From positions 143,349-207,348 of the forward strand of contig CANMWZ010000004.1 in assembly GCA_947501605.1 (NCBI GenBank): a stretch of 64,000 bases of DNA, read 5' to 3'. The translations under genes and the position numbers were made by a program. This stretch comes from Planctomycetota bacterium. Its GTDB lineage: Bacteria; Planctomycetota; UBA1135; UBA2386. This document shows positions 9,209 through 19,760 of this stretch, piece by piece; position 1 is the stretch's first letter; each line of letters begins with the position of its first letter. Below the pieces are notes generated by a model, which did no database searches, was not told the origin of the DNA, and saw only the letters and a program-made list of their open reading frames with translations.

Positions 9209-9623
9209 CCTCGTCCTCAGGGACGGCCGCGTTCTTGGCAAGGAACTGTTCGAGTTGTCGTTTTCGCGCGGCGGTGGCCCCGGCGGTCAGCACGTCAACA
9301 AGACCGAGACGAAGGTCGATCTTCGCCTCGACCTCGCGCGCGCCGAAGCCGTTCTGGGGCCGGACGACGTGGCCCGAATCCGGCAAGCGCTGACGTCGCG
9401 GCTCGATGCCGACGGCCATCTCGTCGTGGTCAGCAGTGAGCACCGGAGCCAGCTCGACAACATCGAAGCGGCCATGGCACGGATGCGGGCGCTGCTCGCC
9501 GGTGCCCTCGTGCGTCGGAAGTCGCGTCGCCGAACGCGGCCGACGCGCGGCAGCCAGGTGCGGCGCATGGACGAAAAGCGCCACCAGGGCGACAAGAAGC
9601 GCGGGCGCGGCAAGGTCGACTGA
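9195..9623 (+). CDS. arfB: Alternative ribosome-rescue peptidyl-tRNA hydrolase ArfB
   Basis: FSRGGGPGGQHVNKTETKV, RSQLDN and a basic C-terminal tail (RRRTRPTRGSQVRRMDEKR). Confidence 0.93.
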   Translation: MARSDLVLRDGRVLGKELFELSFSRGGGPGGQHVNKTETKVDLRLDLARAEAVLGPDDVARIRQALTSRLDADGHLVVVSSEHRSQLDNIEAAMARMRALLAGALVRRKSRRRTRPTRGSQVRRMDEKRHQGDKKRGRGKVD

Positions 9624-9720
9624 GCAGCACGCCGCCGGGACGTCCTCGTGGCGCCGGTCCGCGAATGTGCCGGTGCGACTCATCGCTGGACCCTGCGGGT
9701 GCCGATCCAGGGTCAGAGTC

Positions 9721-10563
9721 ATGTCGTCCGCATCCACCAAAGTCGATCTTCCCAGCTACGTCAGGCAGCAGTTGGATGCCAAGACGTTCGATTTGCCGAT
9801 GCTCCCGGCGGTGATGACGGAAGTGCTGTCGCTGTGTCAGTCCGACACGGTCGATGCGTCGCGACTCTCACTCGTGATCCACCGCGACCCGACCCTGGCG
9901 GCCAACGTCCTGCGCGTCGCCAACTCGGTGATGTTCGCGGCACCAATGCCATGCGGCTCGCTGCAACAAGCGGTGTCGCGGCTTGGCATGCAGCGCGTGT
10001 CCGAGATCGCGCTCGCATTGGCTGTGCGCGGCAATGTGTTCACTGCGCCTGAGTGCCAAGAGCTGCTGTCGCGGTTGTGGCGGCACGCGTTGATGGCGGC
10101 GTGGTTCTCGCGCGAGATCGCGCGGGCGCGGCGGCAGAACGTGGAAATGGCATTCCTGTGCGGCCTGCTGCACGACGTCGGCAAGGCTGCGATCCTGACC
10201 AACATCCTGCATGCACCCGGTCGCGTCACGCTGACGGACGTCAGCGAGGTCTTGCACCAGTATCACGTCGAAGCGGGCGTACAGCTGGCGCGCACCTGGC
10301 GACTGCCCGAGATGATCGTCGAGTGCATCGAGTGTCACCATGAGCCGGCGCGCGCTTGCTACCACATGCAGCTCGCCATGACCGTGTGTCTTGGCGACGT
10401 GCTGGCGCAGTTTGCCGATTCTGCCTCCGACCACGCGAAGGCCGACGCCGACGCCATTCGCCAGCATCCATCGCTCGCCGGGCTCAACATGTACCCCGAC
10501 CAGCTCGAGGATCTATTGAAGCGCGCCAGCACGGCGCGGTCGTTCGCGGACGGCCTCGCATGA
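9721..10563 (+). CDS. Stand-alone HDOD domain protein
   Basis: LPMLP, DPTLAANVLRVANS, AVSRLG, LWRHA, GLLHDVGK and WRLP. Confidence 0.9.
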   Translation: MSSASTKVDLPSYVRQQLDAKTFDLPMLPAVMTEVLSLCQSDTVDASRLSLVIHRDPTLAANVLRVANSVMFAAPMPCGSLQQAVSRLGMQRVSEIALALAVRGNVFTAPECQELLSRLWRHALMAAWFSREIARARRQNVEMAFLCGLLHDVGKAAILTNILHAPGRVTLTDVSEVLHQYHVEAGVQLARTWRLPEMIVECIECHHEPARACYHMQLAMTVCLGDVLAQFADSASDHAKADADAIRQHPSLAGLNMYPDQLEDLLKRASTARSFADGLA

Positions 10564-11984
10564 GCCGGATTCCATCGGCCTGCGACATCGTTGTGATCGG
10601 CAGTGGACCGGCGGGTCAGAAGGCCGCGGTCCAGGCCGCCAAGGCTGGCCGCAGCGTCGTTCTGGTCGAACGCGACGTTGGCGTTGGCGGCAGTTGCGTG
10701 CACCACGGGACGATCCCGAGCAAGACGTTGCGCGAGACCGCGGTGTACTTGCGCGGCTTCCGGCTGCGTGCCGGCGATCATGTGCCGATCGAGATGCCGC
10801 CCGAGCTCCAGCTCACGAGCTTGATGGAGCGCAAGAACCGCGTCATCGCAGCGCACGAGTCGTTCCAGAGTCGGCAGATGCAGCGCAACGGCATCGTTCA
10901 AGTCCACGGTCGCGCCAGCTTCGTCTCGCCGACCGTGGTCGAAGTGCTGTCGGTGACTGGCGAGCGCACGCGCATCGAAGCGACGAACATCTTCATCGCG
11001 ACCGGATCGCGGCCGCGCACGCCGGATGGCATCGCCATCGACCACGAGCACATTCTCGACAGCGACTCGATCCTCAGCCTCGGGCATCTGCCAAAGTCGA
11101 TGACCGTGCTCGGCGGTGGCGTGATCGCCTGCGAGTACGCGACGATCTTCGCGGCACTCGGTGTGCAGATCACGATGATCGACAAGGCCGCGCGACCGTT
11201 GTCATTCCTCGACACCGAGATCCTGGATCGCTTCGTCAGCTCGTTCGAGTGCAACGAGGGCTGCGTCTATGTCGGCTCGGCCGAGATCGAATCGGTGGCG
11301 TGGAATGGCTTCGATGCCGTGGTCACTCGACTCAAGAGCGGCTGGGAAGCGCGCTCGGACACCTTGCTCTGCGCGCTCGGTCGCGTGGCCAACGTGGATG
11401 GCCTCGACCTCGCCGCCGCCGGGCTTGCGACCAATGCACGCGGCCACATCCCGGTCGACGCGGACTGCCGTACCGCGGTGCCGCACATCTTCGCGGTCGG
11501 GGACGTGATCGGGCCGCCGTCGCTCGCATCGGCGTCGATGGAACAAGGGCGCCGCGCGATGCGCGTGGCGCTCGGACTGCCGCGGACCGAAGGCAACGAC
11601 ATGATTCCGGCCGGCATCTACACCGTGCCCGAGATCTCCAGCATCGGCCTCGACGAGAAGGCCGCCACAGCTCGCGGGCTGACGGTGGTGGTCGGGCGCG
11701 CTCGCTTCGACGAACTGGCGCGCGGCCAGATCTCGGCGTGCACCGAGGGACTGTTGAAACTCGTCGTGGATGCCAACACGCAGAAGGTGCTCGGTTGTCA
11801 GATCCTGGGCGAAGGCGCCACCGAGTTGATCCACTTGGCGCAGATGGCGATGGCCGCTGGTTCGCCGGCGTCGACGTTCATCGAGACGGTCTTCAACTTT
11901 CCGACCATGGCCGAGGCCTATCGCGTGGCCGCGTTCGATGCGATGGCACAGTTGCAGCGCCGCCCGCAGCGAACCAACGGCTGA
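10560..11984 (+). CDS. sthA: Soluble pyridine nucleotide transhydrogenase
   Basis: IGSGPAGQKAA, GGSCVHHGTIPSKTLRE, ATGSRP, GGGVIACEYA, GDVIGPPSLASASMEQGR and FNFPTMAEAYRVAA. Confidence 0.92.
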   Translation: MSRIPSACDIVVIGSGPAGQKAAVQAAKAGRSVVLVERDVGVGGSCVHHGTIPSKTLRETAVYLRGFRLRAGDHVPIEMPPELQLTSLMERKNRVIAAHESFQSRQMQRNGIVQVHGRASFVSPTVVEVLSVTGERTRIEATNIFIATGSRPRTPDGIAIDHEHILDSDSILSLGHLPKSMTVLGGGVIACEYATIFAALGVQITMIDKAARPLSFLDTEILDRFVSSFECNEGCVYVGSAEIESVAWNGFDAVVTRLKSGWEARSDTLLCALGRVANVDGLDLAAAGLATNARGHIPVDADCRTAVPHIFAVGDVIGPPSLASASMEQGRRAMRVALGLPRTEGNDMIPAGIYTVPEISSIGLDEKAATARGLTVVVGRARFDELARGQISACTEGLLKLVVDANTQKVLGCQILGEGATELIHLAQMAMAAGSPASTFIETVFNFPTMAEAYRVAAFDAMAQLQRRPQRTNG

Positions 11985-12000
11985 GGCGCCGCCGCCGCGA

Positions 12001-12840
12001 TCACTCGCTGTCGAGTGGTGTGGGGCAAAAGAACCACAGCCCCGTGTCGCTTTGCAGCAGATCGTCGGTTGGCCGCAGCGGCATGGCGCGCAACAGCCTC
12101 TGCGGCGGCACGGCGCCGACGAGCAGCGACGACAATCCGGTTCGTTCTGGCAGGCGACCCAGTCCGAGCAAGTGGGACTGGCCGACGACGACGATGAGCA
12201 AGTGGTCTTGGTGCGCGCGCGCGGTGGCCTTGACTTCTGCAGCAATGCTGGGGTCGCGCTGCGCCAACGGCAATCGCGGCGTCGGCTCGAAGGCGCGCAC
12301 CGGCGTGTTGCTGGCGCGGGCCATGCGCAGCAGCTCCCGGTAGTGCTCGCTGTCGACGTCGCCGCCGCCGAGCCACGACGCGGGCCAGCGATGTCGGACC
12401 ACGGCAACCAGGCGGTCCATCGAACTCCGGCCGGCGAGGTAGTCGTCGAGGATCGCCTGATCCTCGATGCCGACGGCCTCGAGCACGAGGCAGCACGGCG
12501 CGCCGGTGGCGAGCACGGCGCGCAGCAGTTCGCGTTGGCGCTGGTGCAGCCGTTCGTCGCGGTGGTGGTCGCCAAGCCACAGCGCGTTGTAGCTGCGCAC
12601 CATGGACACGAACTCCGCTTGGCTCACACCGCGGTCGAAGCTCGTGCCCGCATCCGTGTCGAACGCCGCCTGATACTCGCGGAGCTGGAGGTTGGCGCGA
12701 CCCTGCCAGTCGACGCCCGGGCCGGTGCACGATGCGACTCCCAGCAGGGTGAGCCCCAAGGCGGCGGTCCATGCCGCGCGCGGCCGCCGATCGGGTCGCA
12801 AAAACGCGCTGGTGTGTCGTGGCCGGGGCAGAACTAGCAT
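12001..12840 (-). CDS. ChaN-like (heme-uptake/Tiki superfamily) lipoprotein
   Basis: Lipobox LLGVASC; LGDHH...HQRQRELL, LVLEA, RD and VVGQSH. Start codon uncertain. Confidence 0.7.
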   Translation of the reverse strand: MLVLPRPRHTSAFLRPDRRPRAAWTAALGLTLLGVASCTGPGVDWQGRANLQLREYQAAFDTDAGTSFDRGVSQAEFVSMVRSYNALWLGDHHRDERLHQRQRELLRAVLATGAPCCLVLEAVGIEDQAILDDYLAGRSSMDRLVAVVRHRWPASWLGGGDVDSEHYRELLRMARASNTPVRAFEPTPRLPLAQRDPSIAAEVKATARAHQDHLLIVVVGQSHLLGLGRLPERTGLSSLLVGAVPPQRLLRAMPLRPTDDLLQSDTGLWFFCPTPLDSE

Positions 12841-12908
12841 GACGACACACTACCCATGAGGAACTTCCGCACCATCTCGTCGCACCCTCGGAACGACGGA
12901 GCCCGTCG

Positions 12909-13685
12909 ATGACTCGATCTCTGCATGGCAAACGCATTGTCGTCACCGGCGGTGGCAGCGGCATCGGTGCTGGAATCGCCGAGGTGCTCGGCGAGCACGG
13001 TGCCGTCCTGGCTCTACTCGGCCGGCGCAAGGACGCGCTCGACGCGGTCGCCGCGCGCCTTGCGGCGAAGGGCGTGCGGGTCTCGACGTTTACGGCTGAC
13101 GTCACCGACCGAGCCGCCACCGAGGCCGCAATCGATGCCGCCGCCAGGGCGATGTCGGGCCTCGACGGCGTCGTCAACAACGCCGGCGTCGGCGGGCCCA
13201 ATGGCTGCGCGCTGCCGGGGCCTGATCGCTTCGACGAGATCATGCGCACCAACGTCGATGGCGTGTTCCACAGCTCGCGGGCGGCCTGCAAGCACTTGAT
13301 CGACGGCGGCCGCATCGTCTCGATCAGCTCGGTGCTGGGTCGCTTCGGCGTGCCGGGTTACACCGCCTACTGCGCCAGCAAGCATGCGGTCATCGGCATG
13401 ATGAAGGCGCTGGCACTCGAACTCGCCCCGCGCCGCATCACCGTCAACACCATCTGTCCAGGTTGGGTCGATACCGGCATGGCCAAGCAGGGGATGGAGT
13501 TGTTGGCGCAGACCATGGGTACTTCCTTCGAGCAGGCGCGCACGGCAGCGCTGTCGGCTGTGCCACTCGGTCGCATCCTGCAGCCGCGCGAGGTGGGCGA
13601 ACTCACCGCCTGGCTTTGCAGCGACGCGGCGAGCGGGATGACGGGCCAAGCGATCACGCACGACGGCGGCCAGGTCATGTGGTGA
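12909..13685 (+). CDS. SDR family NAD(P)-dependent oxidoreductase
   Basis: TGGGSGIG, NNAG, YCASK and CPGWVDT. Confidence 0.93.
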   Translation: MTRSLHGKRIVVTGGGSGIGAGIAEVLGEHGAVLALLGRRKDALDAVAARLAAKGVRVSTFTADVTDRAATEAAIDAAARAMSGLDGVVNNAGVGGPNGCALPGPDRFDEIMRTNVDGVFHSSRAACKHLIDGGRIVSISSVLGRFGVPGYTAYCASKHAVIGMMKALALELAPRRITVNTICPGWVDTGMAKQGMELLAQTMGTSFEQARTAALSAVPLGRILQPREVGELTAWLCSDAASGMTGQAITHDGGQVMW

Positions 13686-13766
13686 CCGCCGTCGCGTGCG
13701 AGAGAGTCGGCCGCGCCAGCATCTCTGTTGGCCGGGCCAGCGCGGCCTGGCCCGCGGCCGTCGTTC

Positions 13767-14963
13767 TCAGTGACCGGTGACGACGATCTGCTGCACTTCG
13801 GTCAGCGCGAACCCGGTTGGGTCGGCGGCGCACGTCCAGAAGGCCTGGGCGTAGACCGGGCCGATGCCTGGCGGCAGGAAGTTCAGGGGCAGGCCCCAGC
13901 CGGCATTGCCGAGCCCGTCGGTGAAGGCGAAGAACGTCTGGATCGTCGGCGAGCCGAGGAAGAGGCCCAGACCGCAGCCACTGAAGTTGATGACCGGCAA
14001 GGCCGGGTTGTAGATGTTGTCGAACGCCATCAGCGTCGGCGTGAACGGCGGGGCGTTGCCAAGCAACAGCCCAAAGCCACCTTGGCCGCTGGCCATGGGG
14101 GCACGCACGGACCAGCGCGGAATGAACGCGCCACAGTTGCACGACGTCGGCTGGTTCTTGGCCGGGCGGGGCAGGAAGGCGAGTCCCGTTGGGAACGCAG
14201 TGGCGGTTGGCATCGGCAACGCCGCGGCAAAGGTGACGTCGATGGCTAGAGGACCAGCGATCACGTAGATGCCGCGCACGCCGGCGGCGTTGGGCATGGC
14301 GGTCTTGTCGATCGCGACGTCGCCGGCAATGCCGGGGAGGATCATCGGGCCGACCGGCGGTGCCACGGGGAAACCGCCGAGCGCGAACTGGTAGACCATT
14401 CCAGGGGCATCGACCGCGAGCAACGTGCCGGTGATCGAGTCATAGTCGAGACCGGTCAGTGGGCCGGTGGGGAAGGCGAGGCCGAACGGGGGCACGACGA
14501 CGGGCGTTCCGGGTACAGGCGTGACGCCGAGGATGAGGCCAGCGGGGCCGCACAGGAACATCACGTTCGCAATCGGATTGAGAGCGATGCCGGTCACCGC
14601 ACCGCCAATCGCCGCGAGCACCGCTGGGGCGATCACAAACGGCGGGATGGCGGGCCCAGCCAGCGGGAAGCTCGGCGACGGCATCGAGGCGAGGATGTTG
14701 CCGTTGCAGTACCAGATCTGGTTGGTGAGGCCGTTGTAGGTGGCATCGCCCGGTGGCACGAGGGCCACGCCGAACGGCGGCAGCGGCAACGCGATGGGGT
14801 AAATGGGCGCCGGGGGCACCGGGCCAAACACCATGATCGAGGGCAGTTGCACCTCGGTCATGGTGCCCGTGCCGCCGGGGGCCGGGTCGTAGCAAACCAA
14901 GTGCTGCGCGAAGAGGGGCGCGCTGCACGCGAACAGCGCCAGGGTGAGTGGGAGGGAACGCAT
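13767..14963 (-). CDS. Secreted Pro-rich protein with possible beta-propeller and the shared C-terminal domain
   Basis: Signal peptide MRSLPLTLALFACSAPLFAQ; repeated VTGIAL/LTGLDY/AGDVAI/PTGLAF strands; C-terminus FSGC...GNAGWGLPL...VYAQAFW...GFALT. Confidence 0.8.
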   Translation of the reverse strand: MRSLPLTLALFACSAPLFAQHLVCYDPAPGGTGTMTEVQLPSIMVFGPVPPAPIYPIALPLPPFGVALVPPGDATYNGLTNQIWYCNGNILASMPSPSFPLAGPAIPPFVIAPAVLAAIGGAVTGIALNPIANVMFLCGPAGLILGVTPVPGTPVVVPPFGLAFPTGPLTGLDYDSITGTLLAVDAPGMVYQFALGGFPVAPPVGPMILPGIAGDVAIDKTAMPNAAGVRGIYVIAGPLAIDVTFAAALPMPTATAFPTGLAFLPRPAKNQPTSCNCGAFIPRWSVRAPMASGQGGFGLLLGNAPPFTPTLMAFDNIYNPALPVINFSGCGLGLFLGSPTIQTFFAFTDGLGNAGWGLPLNFLPPGIGPVYAQAFWTCAADPTGFALTEVQQIVVTGH

Positions 14964-15131
14964 CGATGTGCTCAAGGAAAGGGAATGGGAAGGGGGACCG
15001 CTCCGTGGAGAGCCAAACGGGTCGCCAGCGCACGCGCGGGGCGAAGATATTTTTTTGCCGCCCCTCCTGGGCGCCCACGACGCCGTCGACGACGGCGCGT
15101 GTCGGTGCTAAGCCAGGGGCTCCTTCCCACC

Positions 15132-16154
15132 GTGAACGACCGCCCCGTACCTCCTCCGGCCTTCGAGGCCGCCACCGACCAGCGGGTGCGCCGCCGCGCC
15201 GCCCAGATCTCACTGGCCGTCGCGATCCTGCTGCTGGTGGTCAAGTTCGAGGCCTTTGTGCTGACCGGCTCGACGGCGGTGCTGTCCGACGCACTGGAGT
15301 CGATCGTCAACGTGCTGGCCGCCGCGTTCGCGGTCGCCGGCCTCTGGTTCGCCGGCCTGCCAGCGGATCGCAACCATCCCTACGGCCACGGCAAGATCGA
15401 GTTCTTTGCTGCCGCGTTCGAAGGCGGGCTCATCGCCTTTGCCGCGCTGCTCATCTTGTGGGAATCGTCCGACGCGCTGCTGCACGGCAACGAACTGCGT
15501 CAACTCGACACCGGCATCCTGCTGGTCGCCGCCGCCGGCGCGGGCAATGGGCTGCTCGGCGTGTTCTTGCTGCGCACCGGCCGACGCTACCGATCCCTGA
15601 CGCTCGTTGCCGACGGACAGCATGTGTTGTCGGACTTCTGGACCAGCGTCGGCCTCGTCGTCGGACTCTTGCTGGTGCGCCTCACCGGCCTTTCGTGGAT
15701 CGATCCGTTGGCAGCCATGGCGGTCGCCGTCGTGCTGTTGGTGACCGGTGCCAAGCTCGTGCGCACGGCCGCCGGCGGGCTGCTCGACGAAGAGGACCCT
15801 CAACTCGTCGAACGCGTGGTCACCATGATGGACCAGCAGTTCGGCAACGGCGTCATCCGCTTGCACCACCTGCGGGCGATCCGCGCCGGCCGCGTTCCGC
15901 ATATCAGCGCGCACCTCGTGGTGCCGGAGTTCTTCACGGTCGAACGCGCCCACGAACTTGCCGAGCGCGTCGCGGCGGCGGTGCAGAAGCAGTTGGGGGA
16001 AGGCGAATTGGTCTTCCACACCGATCCGTGCCACCGGGCCTACTGTCGGATGTGCGATGTCGAATCATGCTCGGTACGGAGGCAGGCGTTCTCGGGCCCG
16101 GTGACGCTCACCGTCGAAGAAGCCGTGACGCCCGATCGCGATGCGATGACCTGA
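15132..16154 (+). CDS. Cation diffusion facilitator (FieF-like) with Cys-rich tail
   Basis: SDALESIVN, HPYGHGKIE, DGQHVLSD and LLD; tail HTDPCHRAYCRMCDVESC. Confidence 0.92.
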   Translation: MNDRPVPPPAFEAATDQRVRRRAAQISLAVAILLLVVKFEAFVLTGSTAVLSDALESIVNVLAAAFAVAGLWFAGLPADRNHPYGHGKIEFFAAAFEGGLIAFAALLILWESSDALLHGNELRQLDTGILLVAAAGAGNGLLGVFLLRTGRRYRSLTLVADGQHVLSDFWTSVGLVVGLLLVRLTGLSWIDPLAAMAVAVVLLVTGAKLVRTAAGGLLDEEDPQLVERVVTMMDQQFGNGVIRLHHLRAIRAGRVPHISAHLVVPEFFTVERAHELAERVAAAVQKQLGEGELVFHTDPCHRAYCRMCDVESCSVRRQAFSGPVTLTVEEAVTPDRDAMT

Positions 16155-16172
16155 GGCGGTGGGCCTCGCTCC

Positions 16173-17309
16173 TCACACTGCGGCAGCTGCCGCGTAGATC
16201 GCCAAGTGCCGCTCGACCAACTGCTCGAGCCGAAACCCCTGGTCGATGCGCAGTGGCCCGCCAGCGCCGAGTCGCTGTCGCAAGCCTTCATCGCGGTGGA
16301 TGCGATCGATCGCAGCGGCCAGTGCGACGATGTCCTCTGCCGGCACCAGCAGCCCGCACTGTTCGTGTTGGACCATTTCACCGAGCCCGCCGACTTTGGA
16401 GGCAATGACCGGCCGGCCGGCTCCGAGTGCTTCGAGCGCCGCCACCCCGAGTCCCTCGGCTCGCGACGGCAACACGAACGCATCGCATGCCAACAGCAAA
16501 TCGCCGGCGTCTGTTCGGCGCCCGAGGAAGCGCACGAGATCGCCGAGGCCGAGATCGCGGGCCAGTTGCTGCAGCGGCAGCAACTCCGGTCCATCGCCGC
16601 CGATCAGCAGAGCGAGGCCGTCGGTGGCGCCGCGTTGGCGCAGCGAGCCGAGGGCTCGCAGCAACACGTCGACGCCCTTGCGATGCGTCAGCACCGCCAG
16701 CACCAGCAGGGCCACCGTGTGGTCTGCGAGGCCGAGTTCGGCGCGCATGGCCGTTCGGCTCCTAGTCGTCGCGATGCGCTCGTCGTCGAGCGCTTCCCAG
16801 ACGATGGCGATGCGTTCCCTCGGCACGCCGCCGGCTTGCAGGCAGTGCGCCACGGCCGGCGAGATCGCGACGACCGCGCGGGCGGACTTCTGGTAGGCAA
16901 ACCAGGTGCGGAAGCCGCGCTTCACCTTGCGGTCCATGCGGCGAGTGATGACCACCGGGCAACGAGCGAAGTGGGCGCCGAGACTGCCGAGCCACGCGGC
17001 GCGACCGGTGTGCAGGTGCGCGATTCCCGCGGTCTGGAACACGCGCGCAAGGCGCCACGCCGACACGAGGTCGAACGAGTTGCGCATCGCGATCTCGTGG
17101 ACTTCGAAGCCGCGTTCGCGGGCCAGCCGCGCCGATTCGCTGCCCTTGGGTGCTACCAGGGATTGCGCGATTCCGCGGCGCCGCAGGCCCTCCATGAGCA
17201 AGAACACTTGGACTTCGCCGCCCGAGAAGCCGTGCTCGGTGTCGACGTGCACAATCGGGCCGCGCAGCCGCGGCGGAGTGGTGGTCGGCGTCGGCGAGGC
17301 GGTGGTCAT
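16173..17309 (-). CDS. Glycosyltransferase family 4
   Basis: FSGGEVQV, HRKGVD and PSRAEGLGVAALEALGAGRPVI. Confidence 0.92.
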   Translation of the reverse strand: MTTASPTPTTTPPRLRGPIVHVDTEHGFSGGEVQVFLLMEGLRRRGIAQSLVAPKGSESARLARERGFEVHEIAMRNSFDLVSAWRLARVFQTAGIAHLHTGRAAWLGSLGAHFARCPVVITRRMDRKVKRGFRTWFAYQKSARAVVAISPAVAHCLQAGGVPRERIAIVWEALDDERIATTRSRTAMRAELGLADHTVALLVLAVLTHRKGVDVLLRALGSLRQRGATDGLALLIGGDGPELLPLQQLARDLGLGDLVRFLGRRTDAGDLLLACDAFVLPSRAEGLGVAALEALGAGRPVIASKVGGLGEMVQHEQCGLLVPAEDIVALAAAIDRIHRDEGLRQRLGAGGPLRIDQGFRLEQLVERHLAIYAAAAAV

Positions 17310-17654
17310 CGAGACGTGGTCGGCGCCTCTGAGCCTAGTGCGGGATTCACTAGTTCGCACTCAATGTCGCCGGTCCTGCCTCTCGGGTGCTGGCTTGCCG
17401 ATCCGCAATGCTCCCAACTGCACCCCGTGTCGTCGCGGCGCCTTGCCCGCGACGCCCCTGACTCGCCGATATGGCGTGCAGACTTCGGCGGCCACCAACT
17501 CGAACTGGTGGCGCCAACGTGCCAGCGGCTGCTGCTGGTCCCGATGACCGCTGGCGGCCTCGCAGGCAGCACGGCCGTGACTTCGCCCCGCGCGCAGACC
17601 GATTGGGAACACAGATCGAAGGCGCGACCTGGCAGCCGTCGCGAGCGTGCGCGA

Positions 17655-19535
17655 TCACGCGAGGCCCCAGGCCGAGCGGTAGGCGCCGTGCGCTTGCAAG
17701 TGGTCGATCAGCGAGCAGAGCCCTGGGTGTGCGGCGAGCGTGGCGCTGTCGCCGACGACGCAGAGGTGACGGCGGGCGCGCGTCAGAGCTACGTTCAAGC
17801 GCCGTAGCTCGGCCAGGAAGCCCACCTCGCCGCGGTCGTTGCTGCGCACCAGCGACAGCACCACGGCTTCTTTCTCGCGGCCCTGCAGACCATCCACTGT
17901 GCCGATCTCGAGGCCGTGGTGGCCGCCGAGGCGATCGCGCAACAGTCGCACTTGCGCCGAGTACGGCGTGATGACGGCGATGTGGTCGCCGCGCACGCCA
18001 GCCTCGAGCAGCTGGCCCACGAGCGCGGCTACGACCGCGGCTTCGCCGGGATTGTGGCGACTGCCATCGTCCGGCCCTTGCGTTTCGTCGAAGCCGCAGC
18101 CGGCAGTGTCGACGAACAACAGCGGCGTCTCGGTCAGTTCGGTCTGCATCACGTCCGGCAGGTGGTGCAAGAGGTGCGCCGCCACCGCGGCGGCTGGTTG
18201 CAGGGCGCCGCCGTAAAACGTCGCCGCCGACCACGCCTGGATCTTCGCGTGCATGCGGTACTGAGTCGTCAACATGCGGGCGACGACCGGGCCCAAGGGC
18301 GGCGCCGCCAGGCGTTCGAACAGCGTCAACGCCAAGCCGTCCGCCGCGGCATCGGCGGATTGCACGGTTGGTGGCAACTGACAGTGGTCGCCGGCGAGCA
18401 CCGCCTTCCGGCCGCGCAGCAGCGGTAGCCAGGTCGCGGCTTCCAAGGCCTGCGCGGCCTCGTCGACGACCGCGAGATCGAAGGTGCGCCCCTGCAGCAG
18501 TGGGTCACCAGCGCCGGTCGTCGTCGCCAGCACCACGTCGGCGGTATCCAGCAGCCCCTGAACGATCGCGTTCTCCAGTGTGCGTTGTTCGTTGCGCAGC
18601 TGCTTCTGCTCGGCGCGCAACTCGAAGCGTCCGCTTTTCGAGGCGCGCAGCCAGCGACGATGCACGTCGTGCAGTTGGCGGCGCACATCGCGCAGCAGCT
18701 TCTGCTCGGGTGCGTTCTGCACTTGCACCGCGAGCACGTGCTCGACGATGGCCGGGAGCACGCGGATTGGTTGGCCGATGCGCGTGATGCGGAGCCCCTT
18801 TTGGATCAGCCGCTCGGCAAGGTAGTCGACCGCGACATTGCTCGGTGCGCACGCCAGCACCGACTCGCCGCGGGCCACGGCTTGGCGGATCACTTCGACC
18901 ACCGCCGTGGTCTTGCCGGTGCCCGGTGGTCCGTGGATCAGCGCGATCTGTTCGGCCCCGAGTGCGTGCTCGACGGCGGCGCGCTGGCTCGGGTCGAGCG
19001 CTTCATCGAACGGTAGCGGCATCCGCAGGTTGGTCGCGAACTGCGCGTCGCGGCGAAGGAAGCAGGCGTCGACGAGGCGCTGGGTCTCCTTGTCGGCGGG
19101 AGCTCGCAATCGCTGCAGCGCTTCGTGCATGCGGCGGAACGTGATGTCGGGCACGAGCCGGCGCAGGCGAACCACCGGCGGCAGCTCGAGATCGTCGGCA
19201 TCGTCGATCGCAACCGTGATGCGGTCGCCGCGAACCTGAGCGATGACTCCCGACCGCGCGTGCTCGTGTTCGCCGCCATCGACCGCGACGACGTCGCCGG
19301 GGGTGAATCGGTGCGGACCAAAGCTGCCGCCGCGACTTGGCTGCAGCACCGCGTGCAGGGCCCCGCCGAGTCCTGGCTCGAGGTCGATGACTTCGAGACG
19401 GCGCAGCAGCACGCCGGCCTGTTCCAGTTCGGCCTCACTGCGGGTCGCCAGCATGCGCTCGACGTGAGCGAGTTCCTCGGCGCGTTCCTGACGGAGCAAC
19501 TGCTGGTGGCGGGCGACAAAGGCGTCGAGGTCCAA
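17655..19535 (-). CDS. IGHMBP2/UPF1-like superfamily 1 helicase
   Basis: HGPPGTGKT, APSNVAVD, DEAAQ, GDHCQLPPTV, QYRMH, ITPYSAQV, TVDGLQGREKE and RRLNVALTRAR. Start approximate (TTG 19535). Confidence 0.93.
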   Translation of the reverse strand: MDLDAFVARHQQLLRQERAEELAHVERMLATRSEAELEQAGVLLRRLEVIDLEPGLGGALHAVLQPSRGGSFGPHRFTPGDVVAVDGGEHEHARSGVIAQVRGDRITVAIDDADDLELPPVVRLRRLVPDITFRRMHEALQRLRAPADKETQRLVDACFLRRDAQFATNLRMPLPFDEALDPSQRAAVEHALGAEQIALIHGPPGTGKTTAVVEVIRQAVARGESVLACAPSNVAVDYLAERLIQKGLRITRIGQPIRVLPAIVEHVLAVQVQNAPEQKLLRDVRRQLHDVHRRWLRASKSGRFELRAEQKQLRNEQRTLENAIVQGLLDTADVVLATTTGAGDPLLQGRTFDLAVVDEAAQALEAATWLPLLRGRKAVLAGDHCQLPPTVQSADAAADGLALTLFERLAAPPLGPVVARMLTTQYRMHAKIQAWSAATFYGGALQPAAAVAAHLLHHLPDVMQTELTETPLLFVDTAGCGFDETQGPDDGSRHNPGEAAVVAALVGQLLEAGVRGDHIAVITPYSAQVRLLRDRLGGHHGLEIGTVDGLQGREKEAVVLSLVRSNDRGEVGFLAELRRLNVALTRARRHLCVVGDSATLAAHPGLCSLIDHLQAHGAYRSAWGLA

Positions 19536-19760
19536 GGCAGCACCTTGGCCGCGGCGCGGGCTCAGGTCAATGCGCGTTCGGGGCGGTCGGTGCCAGGTCT
19601 GCGCCTTGCCGCCCAGGGCGGCTCGATCGTCGGGCGCGGACTGTCCCGAGGCTGCACCATGACCCAGGGTCATTGCCGAGAACGGCAGGAAGGGGGAACA
19701 TCCTGCGGCCCTCGGGTAGGTCCATCTCCCTGGATCGCCCGCTCCGTCCCTGCTTCCACC

